Assembly (NCBI RefSeq): GCF_964194155.1
Contig: NC_135881.1
Location: forward strand, 165,416,001-165,480,000
DNA: 64,000 nt
Source of the DNA: Cetorhinus maximus
Taxonomy: Eukaryota
Direction of reading: 5' to 3'
Shown: positions 47,551 through 60,213 of the stretch, in pieces
How positions within the stretch are numbered: position 1 is the stretch's first letter
How the letters are laid out: every line of letters starts with the position of its first letter
Translations under genes and position numbers: made by a program
The notes under the pieces: model-generated
Told to the model about the DNA's origin: nothing
The model's input: the letters and a program-made list of their open reading frames with translations, nothing else
Database searches by the model: none

Positions 47551-50500
47551 GCAAAAAGGCTGATGATTTTAATGCATAAATTGAAGTAAATGGGTATGAT
47601 TTAATTGCTATTATGGAGACGTGGCTACAGGGTGACCAAGATTGGGAACTGAATGTCCAAAGATATTCAGCATTTAGGAGGGATAAGCAAAAGGGAAAAA
47701 GAGGTGGGGCAACACTCTTAATAAGCAGAGAGTCAGGATAAATGGGTCTTTTTCTGGATGGCAAGCTGTAACTATTGGGGTGCCACAGGGTTCGGTCCTT
47801 GGGTCCCAACTATTTACAATCTATATTAATGACTTGGATTCAAGGATAGAAGGTACTATAGCTAAATTGGCAGATGACACCAAAATAGGTGGGAAAGTAA
47901 GTTGCAATGAAGAAATAAGAAATGGGCCAAAGTTTTGCAGATGGAGTTTAACGTGGATAAGTGTGAGGTTATCCATTTTGGCCGGAAGAATAAAAAGGCA
48001 ACTTATTATTTAAATGGAGAGAAACTTCAGAATGCTTCAGTGCAGAGGGACCTGGGTATCCTTGAAAGCTAGTATGCAGGTACAGCAGGTAATAAGGAAG
48101 GCAAATGGAATTTTGGTATTTATTGCTAAAGGAATAGAGTATAAAAATAGGGAAGTGTTGTTGCAACTGTACAAGGCATTGGTGAGACCATACCTGGAGT
48201 ACAGTGCACAGTTTTGGTCCCCTTATTTGAGGAAGGATGTAGTTGCATTGGAGGCGGTTCAGAGGAGGTTCACTAGATTGATTCCAGAGATGCGGGGCTT
48301 GTCTTATGAAGAGAGATTGAGCAGTTTAGGCCTATACTCATTAGAGCTTAGAAGGATGAGAGGAGAGCTAATTGAGGTATATGAGATGCTAAAGGGGATA
48401 GGCAAAGTAGACGTAGGGCGGATGTTTCCCCTTGTGGGGCATTCTAGAACGAGAGGCCATAGTTTTAGGCTAAGGGGTGGTAGATTTAAATCAGACATGA
48501 GGAGGAATTACTTTTCTCAAAGGGCCGTGAATCTGTGGAATTCGCTACCTCAGAGTGCAGTGGATGCCGGGACGCTGAATAAATTTAAGGAGGAGATAGA
48601 CAGATTTTTAATTAGTAACGGGTTGAAAGGTTATGGGGAGAGGGTGGGAACTTGGAGTTGAGGCCGAAATTAGATCAACTATGATCGTATTGAATGGCGG
48701 GCTAGGCTCAAGGGGCTGAATTGGCTACTCCTACTCCTAGTTCTTATGTAGAACGAGATCAGTATATTAGTCATTTTAGTTGGATCGAAGGATCAAGATG
48801 TAGAATCAGCTTGGGTGGAGCTAAGAAACAGCAAGGGATAGCAAAATTGGTGGGAGTTGTTTATAAGCCACAAAACTGTAGTGCTAACGTTGGGTACGGT
48901 ATAAATCAGGAAATTAGAGATGCATGTAACGTGGGTAATACAGTAATAATGGGTGACTTCAGTTTGCACACACACTGGGTTAACCAAATTACTAAAGCTC
49001 TGGAGAAGGAATTCCTGGAGCGTGTATGAGATGGGCACGTTGAGGAGCCAACCAGGGATTCGCCTATTTTGGATTTAGTGGTGTGTAATGAGAAAGGGCT
49101 AATTAATAATCTTGCTGTAAAGGAGCCTTTTGGGGAATAGTGACTGTAATATGGTAAAATTTTGCATTAAGTTTGAATGCAGTATAAGTTATTCTGAAAC
49201 TAGGATCTTAAACCTGAAGAAAGGAAATTGTGAAGGTATGAGGGGCAAGTTGACTATAGTGGATTTGGAAAATACACGAAAAGATTTGACAGTAGACAGG
49301 CAATGGCTGACATTTAAACAAATACTACATGTGCCACAACAAATGTACATTCCTCTAAGGCACAAACACCCAAAGAGAGAGGTAAACTAACCATGGTTTA
49401 ACGAAAGTAGTTGAAGGTTGCATTAGGTCAAAGGAAATGTCTTATAAGGATGCCAGAAAAAGTGGTAAGCCTGAGGTTTGGGAGCAATTTAGAACCCAGT
49501 AAAGGAGGACCAAGAAACTGATTAGGAAAGGGAAAAGAGAATATGAATGCAAACTAGCAAAGAACACAAAGGCGGACTCTAAAGCTTCTTTAGGTATGTG
49601 TAGAGGAAGATATTAGCAGGGACAAATGTAGGCCCATTACAGGTGGGGACAGGAGAATTTATAGTGGAGAACGAGAAACAGTGGAGAAACTAAACAGTTA
49701 CTTTGCATCTGTTTTCATAGAAGAAGATACAGAAAATCTCCCGGAAATACTAGGCGACCAAGGGACTTGAGAAACTGAGGGAACTAAAATAAATTGGTAT
49801 TAGTAAAGAGGTAGTACTTGAAAAGTTAACTGGATTGGAATTTGATAAATCCCCTGGACCAGATGAGCTTCATCCCAGAGTGTTGAAGGAGGTGGCTAGA
49901 GAGATAGTGGATGCATTATTGGTTATCTTCCAAAATTCCATGGATTCTGGAAAGGTTCCTGCAGATGGAAAGTGGCAAATGTAACCCCAGTATTTCGAAA
50001 GGGAGGAAAAGGGAGAATGGAGAACTTACAAACCTGTTAGTTTGACGTCAGTAGTAGGGAAAAGATAGAATCTGTTATAAAGGATGTGCTAAGGGGACAT
50101 TTAGAAAAGAATGGTGAAATTGGGCAGAGTCAGCATGGATTTATGAAAGGAAAATCATGTTTGACAAACTTGTTAGAATTTTTTGAGGATGTTACTTTTA
50201 GCGTAGATAAAGCACAACCAGTGGATGTGGTCTATTTGGATTTTCAGAAGGCTTTTGATAAAGTCCCAAACAGGAGATTAGTAAATAAAACTAGAGCACA
50301 AGGATTGAAATATTGGGAAATATACTACTATGAATTGAGAATTAGTTAACAGGCAGAGAGTAGGAATAAACGGATCATTCTCAGGATGGCAGGCTGTTAC
50401 TAGTGGGGTACTGCAAGGATCAGTACTAGGTCACAGCTGTTTACAATCTATATCAATGATTTGGATGTGGGGACCAATTGTAATCTTTCCAAATTTGCTG

Positions 50501-50860
50501 ATGACACCAAACTGGGTGGGAAGGTAAGTTTTGAGGAGGATGGTAGGGGGCTTCAAGAGGACTTGGACAAGTTAAGTGAATGGGCTAGAACATGGCAGAT
50601 GGAATATAATGTGAATAAGTGTGAAAGTTATTCACTTTGGTAGGGAAAATAGAAAGGCAGAATATTTCTTAAATGGCGAGAGTTGAGAAGTTCAGGTGTC
50701 CAAAGGGACCTGGCTGACCTTGTTCATGAGTCACTAAAAGTTATCATGCAGGTGCAGCAAGCAATTAGGAAGGCCGTCATTGCGAAGGAATTTGAGTACA
50801 GGCGTAAAGATGCCTTGCTGCAGTTGTAAAAAGTGTTGGTGACATCTTACTGGGAGTATT
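47551..50860 (+). mobile_element. CR1 ORF2 (APE-RT), degraded and split by a younger CR1
   Basis: LIAIMETWLQGDQ at ~47600, resuming at ~48750 with GVVYKP, IMGDF, SQHGFMKGKSCLTNL and KFADDTKLGG. Confidence 0.88.
47727..48749 (+). mobile_element. 5'-truncated CR1 nested in the APE region of another CR1
   Basis: GVPQGSVLG, LADDTKIGG, 215-aa C-terminal ORF 48014-48661 and tail ctcctagttcttatgt. Confidence 0.88.
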
Positions 50861-51034
50861 GTGATTCACGTATGAGGGCACCCAGATTTCCCCCTGTACT
50901 GCGGCATTCTACACTCACTCTCCATTTAAATAATATTCGGCATTTCTATTCTTCCCTTCAAAGTAGACAACCTCCCATTTTCCCACATTGTACTCCAACT
51001 CGCAAATTTCTTCCCACTAATTTGACCTATCTAC

Positions 51035-51620
51035 GAGCATACAAAATAGGAGCAGAAGTAGGCCATTCGGCCCCTGGAGTCTGCTCCAGTATTCAATAAG
51101 ATCATGGCTGGCCTGTTTTGTATTCAGAGTTCTACATTCCCATCTACCCCCGGATAACCTTTGATTCCCTTGCCTAACAAGAATCTATCTACCTGCGCCT
51201 TAAAAATATTCAGTGACCCTGCTTCTTCTGCCAACTGAGGCAGAGGGTTCCAAAGTCGCCCAACCCTCTGAGAGAAAAAAAATCTCCTCATCTCTGTCCT
51301 ATAAGGAAGACCCTTAATTTTAAAATAGTGCCCCCTAGTTCTGGGCTCATCAACAAGAGGAAACATTCTTTCCACATCCACCTTGTCAAGACTATTCAGG
51401 ATCTTATATACTTCAATCAAGTTACCCCTCACTCTTCTAAACTCCAATGGAAGCAAGCGCAGCCTATCCAAACTATCCTAAAGACAACCTGCTCATTCCA
51501 GGTATCAATCTATATCCCTTTGCAGACTCTTGGAGGCCTCCTCACAAATTGCTTTCCTGTCTATCTTTGTATCGTCAGTAAATTCAGCTACAATAAAGTT
51601 GGCCCTTTCATCCAAGTCAT
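51035..51620 (-). mobile_element. CR1 3' end with internal deletion
   Basis: LEFRRVRGNLIEVYKIL...LWNPLPQ and FTDDTKIDRK peptides. Confidence 0.8.
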
Positions 51621-54079
51621 TGATATCATCCTGGAGACAACAGCTATCCCCTTCACTATCAACTACACGGCCAACTTCTGTGTCATTTCTGTGCAAATTT
51701 CCCAATCGTACCTCTCACATGTATGTCCAAATCATTAATATATACAACAAACAGCAAGGGCCCCAACACTGAACCCTGGGGAACACTGCAAAAACACCCA
51801 TTGACCATTACCCTTTGTTTCCTGTCGCTGAGCCAATTTTGAGTCCATCTTGCCACCTTCTCCTGTATCCCATGGGATCTCACTTTTCTGACCAGTCTTG
51901 CCATGTTGGATCTTGTCAAATGCCTTACTAAAATCCATGTAGACAACATCCACTACACTACCCTCATCAATCTTCCTTGTTACTTCCTCAAAAAATTCTA
52001 TTAAGTTAGTAAGACACGATCTTCCCCTAACAAAACTATGCTGACTATCCCTGATCAACCCATGTCTTTCTAAGTGACAGTTTATCCTGTGTCTCAGAAT
52101 TGATTCCAATAATTTTCCGGCCACTGAAGTCGGACTGACCAGTCTATAATTTTCTGGCCTATCCCTTGCACCCTTTTTAAATAATGGTACAACATTTGCA
52201 GACCTCCAATCCTCAGGTACCTCACCTATGTCTAGTGAGGGTTGGAAAATGATCCTCAGAGCATCTGCAATTTCCTCCCTGGTTTCCTTTAATGGCCTGG
52301 GATACAACCCATCCAGCTGTGGTGACGTATCTACCTTCAAGGGTGTCAGTTGCTCCGGTACTTCCTCTCTCACTATGCTTATTGTATCTAATGTTTCACA
52401 CTCCTCCTCATTAACTAGAATGTCTGCATCAACCCTCTTTTTCATGAAGACGGAGACCAAAGTACTCATTAAGAACCCAGCCCACATCTTCAGCATCAAC
52501 GCACAAGCTACCATGTACATCTTTGATAGGTCCTACCCTTTCCTTAGTTATTCTCTTGCTCTTAATGTACTGGTAAAACATCTTGGGTTTTCTTTGATTT
52601 TACCTGCCAATATTTTATCGTATCCTCTCTTTCCATTCCAAATTTCCATTTATACTTCACCCCTGTACTTTCTATACTCCTCTAGGCTTTCTACAGTATT
52701 ACGTCTTTTGTGACTGTCATAAGCTTTATTTTTCTGCTTTATCTTGGCCTGTATGCTTCTGGATAACCAAGGGGCTCTAGGTTTGGTAGTGCCACCCTTT
52801 TTTTGTGGGGACATGTCTACACTGTGTCAATAGAATCTTGATTTTGAATGTCTTCACTGATTTGACACTGGTTTCCCTTGTAATAGTTGTATCCAGTCCA
52901 CTCTTGCCAGTTCACCTCTGAGCTTCCAAAAATTTTGTCTTCCCCCAATTTAGAGCTTTCACCCCTGCTCTATCTTTTTCCCTTTCCATAATGATGCTAA
53001 ATCTAACTATTATGGTCACTATCTCCAAAATGGTTCCCCGCTGCTACTTCATCCACTTGCCCAGCTTCATTTCCTAAGACTAAATCTAGAATTGTACCCC
53101 CTCTCATTGGGCTTGTTATGTGCTGGCTAAAAAAAATTTTCTTGAATGCAGTTCAAGAATTTTGTGCCCACTGTGCCCTTCACACTGTTCGTATCCCAAT
53201 TGACATTAGGGTAGTTGAAGTCCCCAACTATTACTGCCCTTTTGTTTTTGCACTCAGAAATCTGCCTACACATTTGCTGTTCTAACTCTCCTCCACTATT
53301 TGGGGTCTATAGTACTTTCCTAGCAGTGTGGCTGCCCCTTTTTTATTTCTGAGCTCTACCATATGGCCTCATTTAGTATATCATCTCTCCTCACAGCTGT
53401 TAATTGATTCTTTAATTAATAATGCTACACCCCTACCTTTTTTATCCCCCTCCCTATCCTGTCTGAAAACTCTATATCCAGGGATGTTGAGCTGCCATTT
53501 TTGCCCCTCTTCAAGCCAAGTTTCCATTATAGCATCGATATCATGTTGCCTTGTGTCTATGTGTGCCCTCAGTTCATCGGCTTTATTTGGTATACTCCTT
53601 CATTTACACATACCTTTTAACGTAAATTAATTTTAAAAAATGATTTTTGAGGTCCTGCTTTTTAGTCTCTTTACTAGCTCCCTAAAATTTGCCTGATCCT
53701 TCTTTCTCCCTCTGTCAATGGTATAATATGAACAACAGCCTATGGCTGTTCACCTTCCCCTCTCAAATGTTTTGCAGTCGCTCAGTGTCAGTCTGGACCC
53801 TGACACCAGAGAAGCACTGTGTCACCCTGGAGCAATGTCTCTGCCTGCAGAACTGCCTTGTCTGTTTCCTGAACTATCAAATCCTTTATCATTATGGCTT
53901 GACTGACGTTCCTCTTCACTCATACACCCATAATTAGTTGCACTCCACAGAGGAACAATCACTCTCACTGATTCGAGAGCGAAATGCAGTCAGAACTCCT
54001 GTATTACCTGCCTGTTCCTCCCTGACTGTCTGGCAGCCAACCATTTCCTCTGCTTTCACACCCCTAAGCTGCGGGTGAC
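51620..54079 (-). mobile_element. CR1 LINE (RT, APE and ORF1 remnants), host of the Gypsy element; ORF1 continues at 63165-63350
   Basis: 261-aa ORF 51735-52520 (PEDWRSANVVPLFKKG...VYMDFSKAFD), APE motifs near 53200-53560 and ORF1-like sequence at 53640-54079. Confidence 0.88.
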
Positions 54080-55974
54080 TGTAGTATGAATGGCAAGCTG
54101 TTCCTTGCTCTTGCCTGTTCATTATAATTGCAAATATGCATTTGACAAACCTATCCTACTGAACACCTTTCCATTGGCTAAGTTTAAAAACAAACCTGCA
54201 CTGGCGGTAGCTAAGTATCATTCTCAATCACCTTATTTACTGTTTACTTATAATCTCTGCAAAAAAGAGCGGACCCACCTGCTTATTGAGCTACCTCAAT
54301 GGGTGCGACCCAAGCACTGGTGTTCACCTTCTTAACTGCCCCTGTTCTTTACAACCCATTCAGCTTTTTACTTACAGCTTCTAACTGTGCATAAGGCACT
54401 GGCCTATCCTTGCAAAATGTCAGCTACACATTGTTCTTTATCTAGACTTTGGCCTTGTGATGCCTAATTTTATCATTTGGTCCTCCTTGCTGAAAACCAC
54501 TTGTGCTCTCTTAGCACTTCCTCAATTTCAGATGTATTCTTACTGATCCCTACTGTAAATAATTTGGCCCAGTTTAACTGTATTTTCTTGAACCAATTGC
54601 TTCCCAGCAGGGAGACTTTGTTCCCTCTTACTAGACCATTGGCAAGTAATAGGGCTTATCATCATATTCCACCCTAACATGAACTTGACCTAGCACTGAA
54701 ATACTATTATTGGAAGAACTGGTTGGTTTCACACCATTTTTGTGTAAGGTAATGTGACTTGGAGTCTTCTTGCACTCTTCCTCCAAGATAACAAACATGG
54801 TTGCAGCTGTATCAACAATAAAAGTAATTTGTGTGAATCTTCGACTTTCATTTCTACTTGGGCACTGAAATTTTACCTTCAGCCCTATTATTCTCAACTT
54901 TCATGTGCTGTTTTTCTTCTTCTCTGACTAAGTACAACTCTTGATCTCCCTGCTCGATAATATCAACTTCAGTTTCTACTTCTATCATATCTGCATTCGA
55001 GGATTTCTAGACTCCTGAACTAGCTTTAGACCTACCACAACCTTGATTTGATGTATGGCTGTGACCTGGAACTTAACTGTTTCCGCTACTCCTGTATTCC
55101 ATTTCGATATGACCAACTTTTCCACAGGCATAGGCAGCACTTTGACTGGAAATGGGAGCATTTACATTGTTAGTGATTAACATGGCAACTCATAGCATCT
55201 AAGTTTCTGATCAAGACTGTGAACATGACTGCTGGGGCCTGGGTTTCACTGAAATCTGGTGGATCTCCCCTGCAAGCTCAGGAAAAGAACTTCCTTACAA
55301 TTTGAAACTATCTCTTTCGTCTATTTCCATGGCTTTGGCCTCATAGCAGGTCTACTTCCACATCAGCTTATTGTCTTTGCTCAAAAGCTTGGCCTGCATT
55401 TTATTTTTCTTTAGACCTCCTACGAATGTGCCTCTAAGGTCAATTTCCAAGTTCATACCATACCCACAGTGACGAGAGAGTTCCTTTAATTCGAGAATGC
55501 TATCTGTAGCAGTCTCACTTGGCAGCTGCTTTCTTTGATGGAACATAACTTCAGTGCAATCTCATTCTTAGTCATGCCACAAGAGTCCTGGACCTCATTA
55601 ATTTCAGAGAGGTCTCGTGGGCAACACTAGTTAAAAATGACATCAGAAGCATCTGTCCCTATTATGGTGAAGAAAGCATTTACTTTATCCTCATCTCCTA
55701 TTTTATTCACTATAAGCAAATGTGAAACATTCATTTGTCATTATATCAGTTGTTGGTGTTTAATTCCTCCATTGTCCCCAATTATGTCTTCAGTGCCATT
55801 TTTTTTTCAATTACGTACCATGTTGACTCAGTGTTCCTGAACACAATATGCTCATGGAGCAATATTTCAAATTGCTCAAACTTCCTCAGGAGTTCTAAAA
55901 ATGTGTCAATGTCCTTCAGTCCTTACTTTCTCAAATGAAATGTGAAAGAAAATTCTATCCCGTCCTCATCGCTA
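54080..55974 (-). pseudogene. Inverted Gypsy segment: PBS, gag with zinc knuckle, aspartic protease and RT N-terminus
   Basis: PBS-like tagcgatgagga (55974-55963), gag ATG at 55799, FHQRKQ...LKELSRHCGYG...LRGTFVGGL, YACGKVGH knuckle, FIVDTAAT protease, FCKDRPVPYA, VFSRIGLSNAYLQL and SKEQLAIHTT. Confidence 0.85.
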
Positions 55975-56215
55975 TCTTGTACCAGTATGAAAGGTTACCA
56001 TTTGGGGTGTCTTTTGATACCGCAATTGTCCAGAGCATCATGAGTCAGGCATTAAATGGTGTGAAAGGAGTGTGCTGCTTCTTAGATGACATTCTAATTA
56101 GCAGTAAGACTGATAAAGAACACGTTGTAATGTAGATTGACTAATGGCATCAAAGCAAAAAAGCACAGTGTTGCTTCATGGTGTCAGGAGTAACATACCA
56201 TGGATTACCAAATAG

Positions 56216-59200
56216 TATTATGGTTAGGGGAGAGATGGTAGGATAGTTTTCCCCCCTTTCACCACTTCTTGACGGGCTGCAGATAGATGTGTTTTAAAGA
56301 GAGGGAGTGTTCTTGAGTACTGTAACTCTCATGTCAGGTTTTCTTGTAAGTTTTAAGAGAAAAGAGGATAATGTTTATTTCTCAACATCCAAATATATTC
56401 GCAACAGCGCTCACTCTGTCCTACGTACACGTGCACACAGAAGACAAGGTGTTTACAGAAGTTTTAGCATGCACTTAGGTCTTAAAAGTCCAAAAATTCA
56501 CTGTTATACTTGAGTCTCTTGAGACAGAAGCTTAACCTGCTGGAGGCCTGATGATCCTTTCTTTGTACACTGAAGAAACGGAGGTTGGAAGTTTCCAATG
56601 ATGGATTCGCAGTGACTTACTCCATGCAGCACAGCAGGTTTCTGGCCTCACTCCAGTCAAGGTGCTGTCCAACCCCTGGATTGGTTGTTCAATTCGCTAG
56701 CCCCAATTCTCTGCCTGCTGATGAATTTTAGGCAGGATCCTTCTTTTGCTGGTCCACCCAGACTGACCAAGGCTGCTTTCAAAATGTGTGTTGTTAAATG
56801 TTCCTTATCACAACCCTGTTTCTGTCAGGTGACCATAGTATCTGTTTTCTGTTGTCCACACAAATGTTTTCTGGGCATTGATGCACAATATGATTTGAAT
56901 TTCACCCATTTGCAATCTCATTGTGATATAATGGGTTTCTCCCTACAAACATTCAGTGAAATTCCATTCCATAGCCAAGAAGTTGGTACGGTCATTAAAA
57001 ATTAGCTTCTGGACAATAGTCATTAAATCCAAAGCAAATAGGATCAAAGGTGAAAAAAATGGTAAAAAGACAAAATCAATGGCTCTTTACTTAAATGCAT
57101 GTCGTATTCGGAACAAAATAAATGAATTAACGACACAAATAAAGGTTAATGGGTATGATCTTAAAGCCATTACGGAGACATGGTTACAAAGAGATCAAAA
57201 CTGGAAACTAAATATTCAGGGGTATATGACTTTTTGAAAGGACAGGCAGCAAGGAAAGGGTGGTGGGGGTAGCTTTGTTAGTCCAAGATGGAATAAATAC
57301 TATAGCAAGAAATTATCATGGATCGGAAGATGAAGAACCCATACAGGTGGAGGTAAGAAATAAGGGGAAGAAGACACTGGTGGGAGTAGTCTATAGGCCC
57401 CCTAACAGTAACTACGCTGTAGGGCAGAGAATAAATCAGGAGATAATGAGGGCATGTAAAAAAGACAGTACATTAATCATGGATGACTTTAATCTTCATG
57501 CAGACTGGGAAAATCAATTGGCAGAGGTAGCTATGAGCAAGAATTCATAGTGTATTTGGAATAGTTTCCTAGAACAATATGTTGTGGATCCAACCAGGGA
57601 TCAGGCTATTTTGGATCTGGTGATGTGTAATGAGGCAGGTTTAATAAATGATCTCAGAGTAAAAGATCCCCTCAAACAGTAACCATAACATGGTAGAATT
57701 TAGCATTCAGTTTGAGAGGGAGAAACTTGGGTCGGAAACAGCAATGCTAAACTTAAATAAAGGTAATTACAAAGGAGTGAGGGCAGAGTTGGATGGTGTG
57801 GACTGGGAAAGGAGTTTAACAGCAAAGACGGTTGATGAGCAATTTCAGACATTTAAGAGAATAGTTCATGACTCACAACAAACATATATCCCAGTGAGGA
57901 AGGAGGATTCTAGGACGGGGATAAACCAACCATAGATAACCAAGGAAGTTAAGCATAGTATCAAATTGAAAGAAAAAAACATACAATGTGGCAAAGATTA
58001 GTGGTAAGCCAGAGGATTGGGAGAGTTTTAAAAACCAACAAAAGATGACCACAAAATAATAAAGAGGGAGAAAATAAACTTTGAGGGTAAACTAGCAAGT
58101 AATATAAAAACAGACAGTAAGAGCTTCTTTAAATATGTAAAAAGAAAGAGAGAGGCCAAAGCAACCATAGGTCCTCAGAGAATGAGGCAGGGGAAATAAT
58201 AATGGGGAACCAGGAAATGGCAGAGGAGTTGAATAAATACTTTGCATCAGTCTTCACGGCAGAAGACACTAATAGTATCCCAAAAATACTAAATAATCAA
58301 GGGGGAAAAGTTGGCGAGGAAATAAATACAATAACTATCACTAGAGAAAAAGTACTAGGGAAACTAATGGGGCTAAAGGCTGATGAGTCCCCTTGACCTG
58401 ATGGGTTGCATCCGAGGATATTAAAGGAAGTAGCTACAGAGATAGTGGATGCACTAGTAGTACCTTCCAAGAATCCTTAGATTCTGGAAAAGTCCCAGAG
58501 GATTGGAGAACAGCTAATGTAACACCCTTATTCAAAGAGGGAGGGAGTCAAAAAAACAGGTAACTATAGGCCAGTTAGCTTAACATCTGTCATTGGGGAA
58601 ATGTTAGAGTCTATTATAAAGGATGTAATAGCAAAGCATTTAGAAATACATAATCTAATCAAGCAGAGCCAGCATGGCTTCATGAAGGGGAAATCATGCC
58701 TGACAAATTTATTAGAATTCTTTGAGGAGGTAACAAGCAGGATAGATAAAGGGGAACCAACAGATGTAATCTATTTAGATTTCCAAAAGATCTTTGATAA
58801 GGTACCACATAAATGGTTACTTAATAAGATAAGAGCCCATAGTGTTGGGGGTATTATATTAGCATGGATAGAGGATTGGCTAACTAATAGAAGACAGAGT
58901 TGGGATAAGGGGGCATTTCCAGAATGGCATCCTGTAACTAGTGGAGTGCCACAGGGATCAGTGCTAGGGCTGCAATTATTTACAATACATACTAGTGACT
59001 TGAATGAGGGAAGTGAATGTACTATTGCCAAGTTTGCGGATGACACAAAAATAGGTGGGAAGGCAAGTGGTGAGGATGACGCCAAGAGTCAACAGAGGGA
59101 TATAGACAGGTTAAGTGAGTGGGCAAAAACTTGGTAGATGGAATATAATGTGGTAAAATGTGAGGTTATGCATTTTGGCAGAATAAATAGAGGAGCTGAA

Positions 59201-60213
59201 TATTATTTAAATGGAGAAGGCTGCAGAACAGAGGGATTTGAGGGTCCTCATGCATGAATCACAAAAAGCTAGCATACAGGTTCAGCAGGTAATAGGGAAG
59301 GCACATGGAATGCTGGCCTTTATTTCAAAGGGGTTGCAGTATAAAAATAGGGAAGCCTTGCTAAAACTATACAAGGTACTAGTTAGACCATACTTAGCAT
59401 AGTATGAACAGTTTTGGTCCCCTTATCTAAAGAAGGATATACTGGCATTGGAGGCAGTCCAGAGAAGGTCCACTAGGTTGTTCCTGGGTACGGAGGGATT
59501 TTCTTATGAGGAGATGTTGAGTAGGTTGGGCCTGTACTCATTGGAGTTTAGAAGAATGGGAGGCGACCTTATTGAAACATATTAGATCCTCAGGAGGCTT
59601 GACAGAGTAGATGCTGAGAGGTTGTTTCCCCTTGTGGGAGAGTCTAGAACAGAGGGCATAATCTCAGAGTAAGGGGTCACCCATTTGAGATAGAGATGAG
59701 GAGGAATTTCTTCTCTGAGGGTAGTGAATTTGTGGAATTGTTTACCACAGAGAGCTGTCGAGACTGGGTTGTTAAGTATATTCAAGGCTGAGATAGACAG
59801 ACTTTTAATCAGTAAGGGAGTCGAGGGTTATGGGCAAAAGGCAGGAAAGTGGGGTTGAGGATTGATTATCAGATCAGCCATAATCTCGTTGAATGGCAGA
59901 TTAGACTTGATGGGCCGAATGGCCTACTTCTGCTCCTACATCAAATGGTCTTATGGTCATGGGAAAAATCTGTTGCATTTTAATGCCTTCAGAATGAAAT
60001 GTCCCTAAAGGCCTTTAGCATTATAATATCCTGTCTAGGCAAGCAGGCTGACTTCCAGCCTTGTATAGTTTCAAGTACATTGGCAGACAAGGAGAGGTCA
60101 CCTGACCTCTCAACTTAATTTTGTTTCAAAGCAGATTGTCCATTCCACATTTTGTTTTTAAAAGTATTATTCATTTCCCATAAATCCATGAGTGTAACTA
60201 TGTGGGCTTGACA
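56216..60213. mobile_element. Solo LTR-like insertion in Gypsy RT, itself split by a CR1
   Basis: 4-bp TSD atag (56212-56215 and 60214-60217), ends tattatg...cttgaca; removing it restores the RT frame QIDGGDIQSTLEKV. Confidence 0.7.
57024..59958 (+). mobile_element. CR1 LINE with near-complete ORF2 (APE-RT), several stops and frameshifts
   Basis: LYLNACRIRNK, AITETWL, GVVYRPP, SQHGFMKGKSCLTNL, SGVPQGSVLG, KFADDTKIGG; tail atggtcttatggtc; imperfect flanking repeat atagtcat/atggtcat. Confidence 0.93.
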
